Origin: a bacterium
GTDB taxonomy: Bacteria > Zhuqueibacterota > Zhuqueibacteria > Residuimicrobiales > Krinioviventaceae
Assembly: GCA_963693055.1 (NCBI GenBank)
Contig: OY843751.1
Coordinates: 576,001-640,000, forward strand
DNA length: 64,000 bases
Direction of reading: 5' to 3'
Part shown: positions 20,527-31,145 of the stretch, in pieces
Layout of the letters: each line of letters opens with the position of its first letter
Position numbering within the stretch: the first letter of the stretch is position 1
Notes under the pieces: generated by a model
Database searches by the model: none
What the model saw: only the letters and a program-made list of their open reading frames with translations
What the model was told of the DNA's origin: nothing
Position numbers and translations under genes: made by a program

Positions 20527-20892
20527 ATGAAAAATAGTTTCCTAGTAGAAGAATACCCTGGGTATATTGTATTTCGGGTATCTGGCCAAGATAGTTTACA
20601 ATACTCTATGGATTATTGGAAAAGAGTTGGCCAAATTTGTAACGAAAAAAAAGTTTATAAAGTTTTGATAGTGGAAGATCTGCAAGGTCAAATTTCCATG
20701 TCTGAAATGTATGAACTTTGTGAGGCATTACCTCATTTTGTTTTGGGTTTAGACATTGCTTTTATAGATAATGATCCTGAACATTTATATGATAATTTAT
20801 TTGGTGAAACGGTTGCAAGAAACCGGGGGGTAAACATAAATGATTTTAGCAACGAAAAAGAAGCTATAACATGGTTGTTAGAAGCTGATTAA
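20527..20892 (+). CDS. Small hypothetical protein, SpoIIAA/STAS-like
   Basis: 121 aa alpha/beta pattern ending FGETVARNRG...F....EA..WL. Confidence 0.6.
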   Translation: MKNSFLVEEYPGYIVFRVSGQDSLQYSMDYWKRVGQICNEKKVYKVLIVEDLQGQISMSEMYELCEALPHFVLGLDIAFIDNDPEHLYDNLFGETVARNRGVNINDFSNEKEAITWLLEAD

Positions 20893-21035
20893 GATAAAGT
20901 AGAATGTTTAACAGGTTATCATTTTATACCAAGCCTATTTTTATTCTATAACTATTGCTATCTTTTACAATTTTGTTTGTATCAATCAGTATTTTTGTTA
21001 TTTTGAAATTGGTCATTAAAAAACAAGGAAACCAA

Positions 21036-23051
21036 ATGATGAATAACAAGGCTATATTGATTGTATTGCTGATTGTTTGCAGTTCGTTTTCCAAAGGAAA
21101 TACCACCAACTCTTTTTATATCTCCAACCGCTCGCCTCTTGTTAAAGCACCTTTTGTGGAACTCCCTCTTGGATCAATAAAGCCTGCAGGATGGCTGTTG
21201 ACTATGCTTGAGATACAGCGTGACGGCCTTACCGGAAATTTAGACTCTGTTTATGCATCTGTATGCGGCCCCCGTAATGGATGGCTGGGTGGAGATGGTG
21301 ATGGCTGGGAACGAGGTCCTTATTGGTTAGATGGCTTGGTGCCACTTGCATATATTTTGAATGACCAATATCTAAAGGATAAAGCACAAAAATGGATAGA
21401 GTGGTCTTTAAATAATCAGCAAAAAGATGGTTATTTTGGACCGATTCCGTTCAGTGAAAAACCCGAGCATGAAACAGGTATCCAAAAAGATAAGCGTCGG
21501 GACTGGTGGCCCAAGATGGTAATGCTCAAAGTTTTGAAACAGTATTATTTGGCAACCGGAGATGAACGCGTTCTTACATTGATGGATAATTATTTTAAAT
21601 ACATGCTTAAGAATCTGCCTGAGACTCCTTTGGGGCATTGGTCGTTTTGGGGTGAAAGGCGCGGAGCTGATAATCTTGCTATTGTTTATTGGCTATACAA
21701 TATTACCGGCGAATCTTATTTGCTGGAGCTTGGAGAGTTAATTCATGAGCAAACACACAAATGGGAAGATTTATTAGGAAATGGCGCATTTACATGTAAC
21801 AATCCACCTATTGACAGGCATTGTGTCAATATTGCACAAGGAATAAAAGCACCTGCCGTTTGGTATCAGCAGAATAAAGATATGGAATTGTTGAATGCGC
21901 TTAAACATGGCTTGATTGATATTCAACAAAGTTTTGGTTATATAAATGGCATGTATGGTGCAGATGAAGCGCTGCATAGTAATGATCCGGTTCAGGGAAT
22001 AGAGTTTTGTTCGGTTGTCGAATTGATGTATTCTTTGGAAACCATATTGCCGATTAGCGGCGAGGTGTTTTATGCGGATTATCTGGAAAAATTGGCATTT
22101 AACACGTTGCCCGCACAGCATACTGATGATTTCATGTACAGGCAATATTTTCAGCAAACCAATCAAGCGCAGGTAACAGACCAGAGACACAATTTTTATA
22201 ATGATGATGATGCCAGGCAATGTTTTGGTGTTTTGACTGGGTATCCTTGTTGTACTTGTAATATGCACCAGGGATGGCCAAAGTTTGTTCAAAATTTGTT
22301 TTATGCAACACCTGAAAATGGAGTTGCGGCTTTGGTTTATGGCCCTGCTAAAGTCAGTTTAAAAGTTGGAAAGGGTGTTGATCTTGAATTGACAGAAAAG
22401 ACAACTTATCCTTTTAATGATACAGTAATTTTTGATTTTAAGCTGTCAGCTCGAGCGGAATTTGGTTTCCATTTGAGAATACCCGCCTGGTGTGATTCGG
22501 CAGTTATTTCCATTAATGGAGAACCTTTTAGCTCACCCAAGGCCAACCGGATTGTTGAAATTCATAGAAAATGGAACGACGGCGATATTGTAGAATTGCT
22601 GTTACCCATGAATCTGAAGACAAGTCAATGGTATGAAAGAACAGTTGGGATTGAGAGAGGTCCTTTGGTATATGCATTACGTGTTGAAGAAGAGTGGCGT
22701 AAAGTAGATAAATCTCATTTGGAACGTTATATTTATGAGCACCCCTTTTGGGAAGTCTATCCAATCTCTCCATGGAATTATGGTATATTAGAGTCAAGTG
22801 TTAATAATATGGAATTTAAAGTTTTAATCTCTGATGAATTAGCAGATATGCCCTGGAATCTTGATAATGCCCCTGTTACTTTATATACAAAAGGTATGAG
22901 AATTCCTGAATGGACAATGTATAATCATTCAGCGGGAATCCCACCCAGGAGTCCGTACCGTACTGTTGAAAAGCAGCCTATCGTTGAATTACAGCTTGTT
23001 CCTTATGGATGTACAACATTAAGAATAAGTCAATTCCCAACTTGTCGCTAG
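21036..23051 (+). CDS. GH127-like (beta-L-arabinofuranosidase family) glycoside hydrolase, secreted
   Basis: Start revised to MMNNKA; signal peptide; LPLGSIKPAGWL, GADE, EFCSVVE, YPCC, LRIPAW and RGPLVYAL. Confidence 0.85.
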   Translation: MMNNKAILIVLLIVCSSFSKGNTTNSFYISNRSPLVKAPFVELPLGSIKPAGWLLTMLEIQRDGLTGNLDSVYASVCGPRNGWLGGDGDGWERGPYWLDGLVPLAYILNDQYLKDKAQKWIEWSLNNQQKDGYFGPIPFSEKPEHETGIQKDKRRDWWPKMVMLKVLKQYYLATGDERVLTLMDNYFKYMLKNLPETPLGHWSFWGERRGADNLAIVYWLYNITGESYLLELGELIHEQTHKWEDLLGNGAFTCNNPPIDRHCVNIAQGIKAPAVWYQQNKDMELLNALKHGLIDIQQSFGYINGMYGADEALHSNDPVQGIEFCSVVELMYSLETILPISGEVFYADYLEKLAFNTLPAQHTDDFMYRQYFQQTNQAQVTDQRHNFYNDDDARQCFGVLTGYPCCTCNMHQGWPKFVQNLFYATPENGVAALVYGPAKVSLKVGKGVDLELTEKTTYPFNDTVIFDFKLSARAEFGFHLRIPAWCDSAVISINGEPFSSPKANRIVEIHRKWNDGDIVELLLPMNLKTSQWYERTVGIERGPLVYALRVEEEWRKVDKSHLERYIYEHPFWEVYPISPWNYGILESSVNNMEFKVLISDELADMPWNLDNAPVTLYTKGMRIPEWTMYNHSAGIPPRSPYRTVEKQPIVELQLVPYGCTTLRISQFPTCR

Positions 23052-23210
23052 GGAAGGGCAGGTTATTATTTTTACTGAACTAAAGTACGGTTGGTGTAGT
23101 AATTTTCCTAAAATTGAAAAAAATATATATCTTTAATGGTTGCGGCTCGTTTTTTGTTGTATTTTTAGAGTGTGCAATGATGTGTTTTGTGTAGTTTGAG
23201 GATGTTGTAA

Positions 23211-26200
23211 ATGAAACGATTTGAAAAGGAATTTATAGATCTTGTAGATCGTATATTATCACATAATATCAAGAATTCACTTCTCAATGAATATATAAAT
23301 TGTATCAATAGTATGACATCTGATTTTAGTGTGTCATATCAAATCTCTAACTGCTGTGAAGACAATTCTTTTATAATCGAAACCCCAAATAAACAATTTG
23401 GATATTTAATAGCCAATTGTGATCCTGCAGAAATTTCGTCAAGTTTTTCTCAACTTTTTTTAAAAAGCGTTTCAATACTTGCCCGAATTCTTGAAAATAT
23501 TTCCAACAACGAGTCAGGAAAAAAAACACCTCATAAGCAAGATATATCCGTAGAATTTCAAAAGTTAAAGAAAAGTGAAACGCTTTACCGGGGTATGGAA
23601 AAGGTTAGCAAAATTGGGGGATGGGAGTATGATGTTAAGAACAACAATGCATATTGGACTCCTGAAACCTATCGGATTTATGGCTTTGATTTGAGAGATT
23701 TTGACACGAATATACCCATTCCATTTGAAGACAGCCTTTCATGTTTTGCAAAACCAGATAAAGAAAAGTTGCTTGAGGCTTTTTTAGAATGTATCAAATC
23801 CGGAAAAGCCTATGACCTGGAATTGAAAATGACTAATAAAAAGGGGAAACAACTTTGGGTCAAAACGGGTGCAAAAACAATCAAACGCAATGGAATGGTT
23901 GTCAAGGCTCAGGGATATATTATTGATATTACCGAGCGTAAAAAGGCTGAACTTGAATTGCGGGAATCACATATTGATATTCAGCTTCGACACGAGATTG
24001 CAAATATATTCTTATTAAAGTCCGATGAAAAAGTTTATTCGGAAATTCTAAAAAAAATACTGATCATAGTTCAAAGTAATCATGGATTTTTGGGGTATAT
24101 TGATGAGCATGGTGATCTGGTTTGTCCGACCATTACAGAGAATCTGTGGAGTAAAAGCCTTGTTTCTGATAAATCTATGACATTACCCAAAAACGCATGG
24201 GGCGGATTATGGGGTGATTCTTTATTAAAAAAGAAAACTTTGATTAAAGAAATGAATTTATCTACCCCCCAAGGACATACGCCTTTAACAAGAGCAATGA
24301 CTGTACCCATTCTATTGGGAAGAAAATTAATAGGTTTGATTGCTGTGGCTAATAAAGAAACCGAGTATAATAAAAGAGACCAGAGACGGGTGGAATCTGT
24401 TGCCAAATATATTGCTCCGCTTATTAAAGAGCGTCTTGAGAAAATGTCTTTTGAAAGACAGCGAGCTATTGCTATAAAGGGACTGGAGGAAAGCGAAGAC
24501 TTGCTGCGAAAGATATCAGAAAATTATCCCAATTCTTTTGTTGCAATAATTGAAAAAGACCAGACTATTGGTTTTGTTTCCGGTCAGGAACTGTTAAAAC
24601 GCTCCTATCTTGATAAATCTATTGTAGGGAAGACATTCCGTGAAATAATTGGTGGTAAAGCCAAAGAACTTGAAATGTGTTTAAATAAAACGTTTCAGGG
24701 AACTGAAAATGAATTAAAATTTGATATGAACAATGTGTTCTATCATATCAGAACAGTTCCCTTGATATATAATGATTCTGTGAACAGGGTACTTGTTGTT
24801 GCGGAAAATATTACACAAAAGGTACGCCTTGATACGGTATTGAAAATTGAAAGAGATTTGGGGATAAAATTAACCAAGGTTTCTACGTTATATGATGCCA
24901 TGTGCGAGTGCTTGGAACATACTTTACAAATTCCCGGAATTGATAGCGGTGGTATTTATAAAGCTAATTATGATACTGAATATTTTGAATTGTTTGTGCA
25001 TAAAAATGTTTCCCCTAAATTTATCAAAAATGTCGATCGTTTTAGCTTTAAGGATCAAAAAAGTATACCGATTTTTGCGGTAACTCCTTTTTATATTGAT
25101 TACGAGATGTTGAAAATAATGCCCGACAAATATTTTATTAAAGAAGGATTTTTAGCTTCTGCTATTTTACCGGTGCATCACAAAGGTCATATAGTCGGTT
25201 GTATAAATCTTGTATCTCGTACAGAAACTGAATTTCCGGAATATCTTTATCCCTTTTTTGAGAATATGATTTCCATGCTGGGGACTATATTGGTGAATTT
25301 AGAAAACCAGGAGATCATTCGGAACAGTGAAGAGCGGTATCGTAATTTTATTATGAATGCCAGTGAAGGAATTTTCAGAATAGATTTCATTGAACCGGTA
25401 CCTATTAACTTGTCTAGAAAGCAATTGTCTGAAAGAATTGTTCAAAATGCTGTCTTTGTTGAAGTAAATGAAGCTCTTGCACAAATGTATGGATCAAGTG
25501 TTGAGGAACTGACTGGCAAACACGTTCACCAGGTAATACCGGATTTTGATGAAAAGATATTAAAAGCACTTGATACCAAAGGATATATTATTTCTGACCT
25601 GGAAAGTTTGATATATGACATACATGACAAGCCTGTCAATATTTCAGAAAGTTTTAGGGTTATAGTAGATGAAAAGAATATGCATCGAATTTGGGGGATG
25701 CAACGAAATATAACTGAACAAAAATTTGCAGCTCAAAAGTTGAGCGATAGTCAGCACCACCTGGCTGAAGCTCAGAGAATTGGCAATATTGGAAGTTTTA
25801 TTCTGGATGCGAAAAGCAGAAAATTCATCTGGTCAGATCAAATGTACGAAATTTTTGGATTTGAAGATGATGGACGTGTTCCAGACATTTCTCTGGTTCG
25901 TTCAATAATTCATCCGGAAGACTTGGGTGTTTTTGATAATGCAATAACAATGACTGAAAATAATGAGCTACCTGTGAATGTACAATATCGAATTCTTTTA
26001 CCGGATAAAACTTTAAAATGGGTTGTTAGTCGAAATGAAGTGATATTAGATGAAAATGGAAAACCATTTCAATTTAGGGGAACGGTCCAGGATATAACTG
26101 AACGTAAACAGACCGAGTTGGCTCTTGAAAAAAGGATGCTGGCATTGACCCGGCCTATTGATTATTCTGAAAATATTTTGTTTGAAGAACTGTTTAATGT

Positions 26201-27701
26201 TAATGATATTCAAAAACTCCAGGATCTGTTTGCATCTGCAACCGGTGTTGCTTCTCTTATAACATATGTTGATGGTACCCCCATAACCAAACCCAGCAAT
26301 TTTTGTGATTTATGTGAAAATATTATTCGCAAGACAGATAAAGGCCGTGAAAACTGTTATCGCTCTGATGCTATTATTGGCAGACATCCGGGAAGAAAAC
26401 CAATAGTACAACCGTGTCTCAGCGGAGGTTTGTGGGATGCCGGAGCCAGTATAACTGTTGGAGGAACACATATTGCCAACTGGTTAATTGGCCAGGTAAG
26501 GAATGACGCGCAGACTGAAGATGAAATGTTACAATATGCCCGGGAAATTGGAGCTGATGCAGATGCATTTATAAAAGCATTTCGTAAAGTTCCCAAAATG
26601 TCAAATAAGCAATTTCAACAGGTTGCTGATGCTTTATTTGTTATTGCAAAACAATTGTCTGATACTGCTTATCAAAATGTTCAACAAGCGCGTTTTATTT
26701 CTGAACGCAAAAAGGCGCAAATAGCACTGCAAGAGAGTGAAAGCAGGTTAAAAAGTTATGTTGAAAACGCACCTGATGGAATAATGGTTACAGATGAATT
26801 GGGAAACTATGTTGATGTGAATCCGGCTGCATGTGAGATAATAGGGTATACCCGTAATGAACTTTTAAAAATGAATATTCAAGATGTAATTGCTCCTGAA
26901 GATACAAGTTTGGGACTCGAACATTTTGAAAATGTGAAAAATACTGGTAGTTCTTCTGGTGATATGCAATTTATCATGAAAAATGGGAAAAAACGATATT
27001 GGACCGTTGATGCAGTTAAATTAACCAATACAAGATTCCTGGGATTTGCTAAAGATATTACTGACCGCAAACGTGTTGAAAAGCAAATTAAGCAAAGTCT
27101 TGATGAGAAAAGTGTTTTGCTAAAAGAAATTCATCATCGTGTGAAAAATAATCTTCAGGTAATGCGGAGTTTGATTAGCCTGCAAACCCGTTATGAAAAA
27201 AGCCAGGTGTTTTGCGATTCTGCAACAGAATTGTCAAATCGTATTTTATCTATGGCATTGGTGCATGAACAATTGTATCAATCGAACAATATGGCTGAAA
27301 TTAATTTTAAATCATATATCATGACACTTTGTGATGAAATTTTGGCAAGCTTGTTTAGAAAAGATATTAATATTCGACTTGATCTTGAAGATATAAAACT
27401 GGATATTGAAAAATCTGTGCCTTTGGGGCTTATTATTAATGAATTGGTTACCAATGCTGTCAAGCATGCATTTCCTGACGAAAAGACAGGCAAAATAGAA
27501 CTCTTGTTATCAAAAGAAAATAAAAAAGGTGTTTTGTCTATATGTGATAATGGGCAGGGAATACCAGAGAATGTAAACCTTGATAAGCCCAAGTCCCTTG
27601 GACTTGAGCTGGTCAGAATTCTTACCAGACAACTTGATGGAGAAATAGAGTTCCATCGTAAAGGCGGTACAAAAGTTACGATATCATTCCCAATAAACTG
27701 A
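23211..27701 (+). CDS. Multi-PAS/GAF/PocR sensor histidine kinase, HisKA_2 (HWE-like) type
   Basis: PocR domain (LQDLFASATGVAS...FC...C...PC..GL...IANWLIGQV); H-box KEIHHRVKNNLQ; NELVTNAVKHAF; DNGQG; SLGL. Confidence 0.93.
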   Translation: MKRFEKEFIDLVDRILSHNIKNSLLNEYINCINSMTSDFSVSYQISNCCEDNSFIIETPNKQFGYLIANCDPAEISSSFSQLFLKSVSILARILENISNNESGKKTPHKQDISVEFQKLKKSETLYRGMEKVSKIGGWEYDVKNNNAYWTPETYRIYGFDLRDFDTNIPIPFEDSLSCFAKPDKEKLLEAFLECIKSGKAYDLELKMTNKKGKQLWVKTGAKTIKRNGMVVKAQGYIIDITERKKAELELRESHIDIQLRHEIANIFLLKSDEKVYSEILKKILIIVQSNHGFLGYIDEHGDLVCPTITENLWSKSLVSDKSMTLPKNAWGGLWGDSLLKKKTLIKEMNLSTPQGHTPLTRAMTVPILLGRKLIGLIAVANKETEYNKRDQRRVESVAKYIAPLIKERLEKMSFERQRAIAIKGLEESEDLLRKISENYPNSFVAIIEKDQTIGFVSGQELLKRSYLDKSIVGKTFREIIGGKAKELEMCLNKTFQGTENELKFDMNNVFYHIRTVPLIYNDSVNRVLVVAENITQKVRLDTVLKIERDLGIKLTKVSTLYDAMCECLEHTLQIPGIDSGGIYKANYDTEYFELFVHKNVSPKFIKNVDRFSFKDQKSIPIFAVTPFYIDYEMLKIMPDKYFIKEGFLASAILPVHHKGHIVGCINLVSRTETEFPEYLYPFFENMISMLGTILVNLENQEIIRNSEERYRNFIMNASEGIFRIDFIEPVPINLSRKQLSERIVQNAVFVEVNEALAQMYGSSVEELTGKHVHQVIPDFDEKILKALDTKGYIISDLESLIYDIHDKPVNISESFRVIVDEKNMHRIWGMQRNITEQKFAAQKLSDSQHHLAEAQRIGNIGSFILDAKSRKFIWSDQMYEIFGFEDDGRVPDISLVRSIIHPEDLGVFDNAITMTENNELPVNVQYRILLPDKTLKWVVSRNEVILDENGKPFQFRGTVQDITERKQTELALEKRMLALTRPIDYSENILFEELFNVNDIQKLQDLFASATGVASLITYVDGTPITKPSNFCDLCENIIRKTDKGRENCYRSDAIIGRHPGRKPIVQPCLSGGLWDAGASITVGGTHIANWLIGQVRNDAQTEDEMLQYAREIGADADAFIKAFRKVPKMSNKQFQQVADALFVIAKQLSDTAYQNVQQARFISERKKAQIALQESESRLKSYVENAPDGIMVTDELGNYVDVNPAACEIIGYTRNELLKMNIQDVIAPEDTSLGLEHFENVKNTGSSSGDMQFIMKNGKKRYWTVDAVKLTNTRFLGFAKDITDRKRVEKQIKQSLDEKSVLLKEIHHRVKNNLQVMRSLISLQTRYEKSQVFCDSATELSNRILSMALVHEQLYQSNNMAEINFKSYIMTLCDEILASLFRKDINIRLDLEDIKLDIEKSVPLGLIINELVTNAVKHAFPDEKTGKIELLLSKENKKGVLSICDNGQGIPENVNLDKPKSLGLELVRILTRQLDGEIEFHRKGGTKVTISFPIN

Positions 27702-27786
27702 TTGTATGATATTATATTTTGTCTTATTTTACATTCGGGCAGTATAAAAAAATAAAAATCATCATCAGTTAATTGTAAGGGGTAGT

Positions 27787-29025
27787 ATGACTTCACGCGA
27801 ACGTTTGTTAGCAGCACTTGACCACAAAGAGCCAGACAAAGTACCTGTTGATTTGGGCTCTCACCCCAGTTCAGGCATTTCTGTTATTGCCTATAATAAT
27901 TTAAAAAAACATTTGAAATTGTATCCGGGGCAGACCCGAGTTTATGATGTTGTACAACAGCTTGCTGAACCCGAAGAGGATATGCTGGACAGATTTGGTA
28001 TTGATATTATTGATATCGGCAGATTGTATAATAGAAATCAGGATAATTGGTATCCTGTTCAGGCCGCTGACGGGTCAAATGCTTTGTATCCCACCGGGAT
28101 TCGTCCGGTGAAACAAGAGGACGGATCTTTTTTGATTTTAAAAAATGGGAGTGCTATTGCCAAAATGCCCTCTGGAGGTACTTTTTTCGACCAGACATTT
28201 TTTCCGTATCTTGATGGATATCCCCGTGATTTTATGGACTTGAAAAAAGATATGGACATGGTAATGTGGGGCTCAGTAGCTGTGCCCCCCTGGGACCATG
28301 CGAGCGAACCAAACTTTTGGAATGATCTGAGGCAAAAGTTGATTGATTTTAGAGAAACCTCAGACCGGGCGGTACTCATATCTGTAGGATGTAATCTTTT
28401 CGAATGGGGCTCGTTTTTACGGCGGATGGATAATTTTTTAATGGATGTGTTGGCTGATCCTGACAATGTTGCGGCGCTTTTAGAAGCTCTGATGGAAATC
28501 CATATGCAGACGTTAACAAAGGTTTGTGAACATGTTGGTGATCTGGTGGATGTTATAAAATTTGGTGATGATCTGGGGATGATCAATGGTCCCTTTATGC
28601 CGCCGGTGACGTATAGAGAGCTTTTTAAACCGCATCACAAATATTTGAATGAATATACCCATGCACACTCGACTGCAAAAACACTGCTTCATTCCTGTGG
28701 ATCAATTTATGCTCTGTTGCCGGATTTGATAGAAGCGGGGTTCGATGCCATTAATCCCGTGCAAACAAATTGTTTGGATATGCAGCCGGAAAAATTAAAA
28801 TCCGAGTTTGGCAAAGATATTACTTTTTGGGGTGGTGGTGTAGATACTGCCACCGTTCTGAACAGAGAGACTCCTGATAATGTTTATAAACATGTAATAG
28901 AAAGATTAAATATTTTTGCCCCCGGTGGCGGGTATGTATTTAATACCGTTCATAACATTCTCCCCGAAGTTCCACCTGAAAATATTATGGCTATGTTTAA
29001 TGCTGTTAAAGATTTTAACGGATAA
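27787..29025 (+). CDS. Uroporphyrinogen decarboxylase / MtaA-CmuA methyltransferase family protein
   Basis: MTSRERL...PDKVPVDLG, DDLG, HSCG, FWGGGVDT and GGGYVF..HNI. Confidence 0.85.
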   Translation: MTSRERLLAALDHKEPDKVPVDLGSHPSSGISVIAYNNLKKHLKLYPGQTRVYDVVQQLAEPEEDMLDRFGIDIIDIGRLYNRNQDNWYPVQAADGSNALYPTGIRPVKQEDGSFLILKNGSAIAKMPSGGTFFDQTFFPYLDGYPRDFMDLKKDMDMVMWGSVAVPPWDHASEPNFWNDLRQKLIDFRETSDRAVLISVGCNLFEWGSFLRRMDNFLMDVLADPDNVAALLEALMEIHMQTLTKVCEHVGDLVDVIKFGDDLGMINGPFMPPVTYRELFKPHHKYLNEYTHAHSTAKTLLHSCGSIYALLPDLIEAGFDAINPVQTNCLDMQPEKLKSEFGKDITFWGGGVDTATVLNRETPDNVYKHVIERLNIFAPGGGYVFNTVHNILPEVPPENIMAMFNAVKDFNG

Positions 29026-29053
29026 AAAAGGCGGGTATTTTGCCGCCTTTTTT
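29024..29053. terminator. Bidirectional Rho-independent terminator
   Basis: AAAAAAGGCGG-N8-CCGCCTTTTTT between convergent stops. Confidence 0.85.
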
Positions 29054-29684
29054 ATCGGGTTGCTACAAACGGCGCTTTTTGAAACCAGGTATCATGATGT
29101 AATTGTTCAAGCATAAAATCAGCCAGATCGTATCGATTGACTTTGCCTCCCAGCAGGTCCCAGTCACCCGCCCGGATTCTTCCGGTAGCCGGATCGTCAG
29201 TGATTCTGGGGGTACGGATAGTTGTCCAATCGAGATGTGATTGTGAAAGGACTTCGAATTCTTTTTGCTTTGCTTTGATCATGTGCTTTTTAGAGCTGTT
29301 TGTTAACGTTATGATCATTCTTCGTTTAAAGCTGATCCGATCATTGGGTATCTGCAAAGCACTGTGCGAAATGGTGATGATACGTTTTATGTTGTGTTTG
29401 TCCATGGATTGGATCAGATGCACCATTGCAACCCTGAACAGGTCCGGTTGGTGGGGTGCATTCGTGGGCCCAGCCGTAGACAGTACAGCATCTGCGCCAT
29501 CAACTACCGTTTCAAAAATGTGATCATCGGCAAGCGAGCCATGTATGGCATTGATATTAGCTTGAAGGTCGCCTAATTTCTCGGGTGTACGTGCGAGTAT
29601 GGTAATTTCATGACCGGCGTCTAATGCTTTTCTGACCAAAACTTTGCCAACAAAACCAGTTGCCCCCAGTATTGCGAGCTTCAT
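29052..29684 (-). CDS. NAD(P)H-binding oxidoreductase (flavin reductase/BVR-B-like SDR)
   Basis: Start MKLAILGATGFVG; LDWTTIR; R.DLADF. Confidence 0.85.
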   Translation of the reverse strand: MKLAILGATGFVGKVLVRKALDAGHEITILARTPEKLGDLQANINAIHGSLADDHIFETVVDGADAVLSTAGPTNAPHQPDLFRVAMVHLIQSMDKHNIKRIITISHSALQIPNDRISFKRRMIITLTNSSKKHMIKAKQKEFEVLSQSHLDWTTIRTPRITDDPATGRIRAGDWDLLGGKVNRYDLADFMLEQLHHDTWFQKAPFVATR

Positions 29685-29861
29685 GTTACACCCTTTCATG
29701 TTGTTTTGTATCATTTCAATAACATTTTCAGGTGAACAAGTTATTTCATTTATTGTCAATTTGGGAACCTGGATTTTTTTCCTTGAAAATAACTCGTCCC
29801 TTTTCTATATTCTTTTACATATCCTGATAAATCCTCATTTTGTTATACACAAGGAAATATT

Positions 29862-31130
29862 ATGAGCAAATCCAACCGTTTTGACCGAAGACATTTCCTC
29901 AAAAGCACTGCTGCGGCAGCTGCGTTTACAATTGTTCCCCGACGGGTGCTTGGCGGCACTGGTTATACACCTCCCAGTGACGAGCTGACCAAAGCTGTTA
30001 TTGGTGTAGGAGGTATGGGACGCGGACATGTTCGTTATTCTGGCGCCAGACTATTAGCAGTGTGCGATGTGGACAAGAACCATTTAAAGCAAGCCATGGA
30101 GCTGGGCGGTCCTGATGTTAAGGGCTATCATGATTTTAGAGATGTTCTGGCCCGTCCTGATATTGATGTAGTACATATTGCTACTCCGCCGCATTGGCAC
30201 GCGCTCATGTCTATTGCGGCAGCCAAAGCGGGCAAGGATGTATGGTGTGAAAAACCCATGACCCGTACCATTGGCGAGGGGCAAAAAGTTGTTGAAACCA
30301 TCCAAAAATATGACCGCATGTTCCGCATTAACACCTGGTTCCGTTTTGACAGCAACTTGTATCGGTTCAAAGTTCCCGCAAAACCGGTCAAAAAACTGGT
30401 GCAAAGCGGACTTTTGGGCTGGCCCTTAAAGTTTACCGTGAGTGATGCTACCGGATTTGGCTGGAAATTCTATTGGAGCGGCAAAACCCACTATACTCCG
30501 CAATGGGTACCCGAAGAATTGGATTATGATATGTGGCTGGGACCCGCTCCGTACAAACCCTATCATCCACACCGTGTGCATCAAACATTCCGTGGCTATT
30601 GGGATTATGACGGTGGCGGCCTGGGTGATATGGCTCAGCACTATCTTGATCCAGTACAATACTTTTTAGATAAAGATGATACCAGTCCCGTCAAGATTGT
30701 TGTAGATGCACCCCAGGCACACCCCGATGCTTGCGGAAGCTGGCGCAAAATCATCATGACTTATGATGATGGCTGCCAGATTGAACTGGTGGGTGGCGAG
30801 CACAAGGCAAATGTTCCTTATATTGAAGGCCCCAACGGCAAAGTCTACCCCGGATTTAAATCCGATATTCCCGATCTGGAAAAGAAATTGCGAGACTTTC
30901 CGGATCCCGTTCCACAAGAGACAGATTTTTATCAGGCAGTGCGCGAGCGACGTAAATTTGCATTGAACGAGCAGAACGGTCACCGCTCCTGTACCTTGGT
31001 GAATCTGGCAAAAATTGCTGTTCGATTGGGTCGTCCATTGAATTATGATCCTGATCTTCAACAATTTGTGGACGATGAAGAAGCGAACCGGCTGATCCAT
31101 CAGCCCATGCGCGCACCCTGGCACCTGTAG
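29862..31130 (+). CDS. Gfo/Idh/MocA oxidoreductase with Tat signal
   Basis: DRRHFLK twin-arginine motif; GVGGMG; ATPPHWH; CEKP; WLGPAP; D...HYLD. Confidence 0.92.
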   Translation: MSKSNRFDRRHFLKSTAAAAAFTIVPRRVLGGTGYTPPSDELTKAVIGVGGMGRGHVRYSGARLLAVCDVDKNHLKQAMELGGPDVKGYHDFRDVLARPDIDVVHIATPPHWHALMSIAAAKAGKDVWCEKPMTRTIGEGQKVVETIQKYDRMFRINTWFRFDSNLYRFKVPAKPVKKLVQSGLLGWPLKFTVSDATGFGWKFYWSGKTHYTPQWVPEELDYDMWLGPAPYKPYHPHRVHQTFRGYWDYDGGGLGDMAQHYLDPVQYFLDKDDTSPVKIVVDAPQAHPDACGSWRKIIMTYDDGCQIELVGGEHKANVPYIEGPNGKVYPGFKSDIPDLEKKLRDFPDPVPQETDFYQAVRERRKFALNEQNGHRSCTLVNLAKIAVRLGRPLNYDPDLQQFVDDEEANRLIHQPMRAPWHL

Positions 31131-31145
31131 AATAAAGGACATGTT

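Noticed and set aside
27787-29025. Calling this gene hemE
   Set aside because: It lacks the RQAGR motif of true HemE and has the HSCG motif of the methyltransferase-like branch
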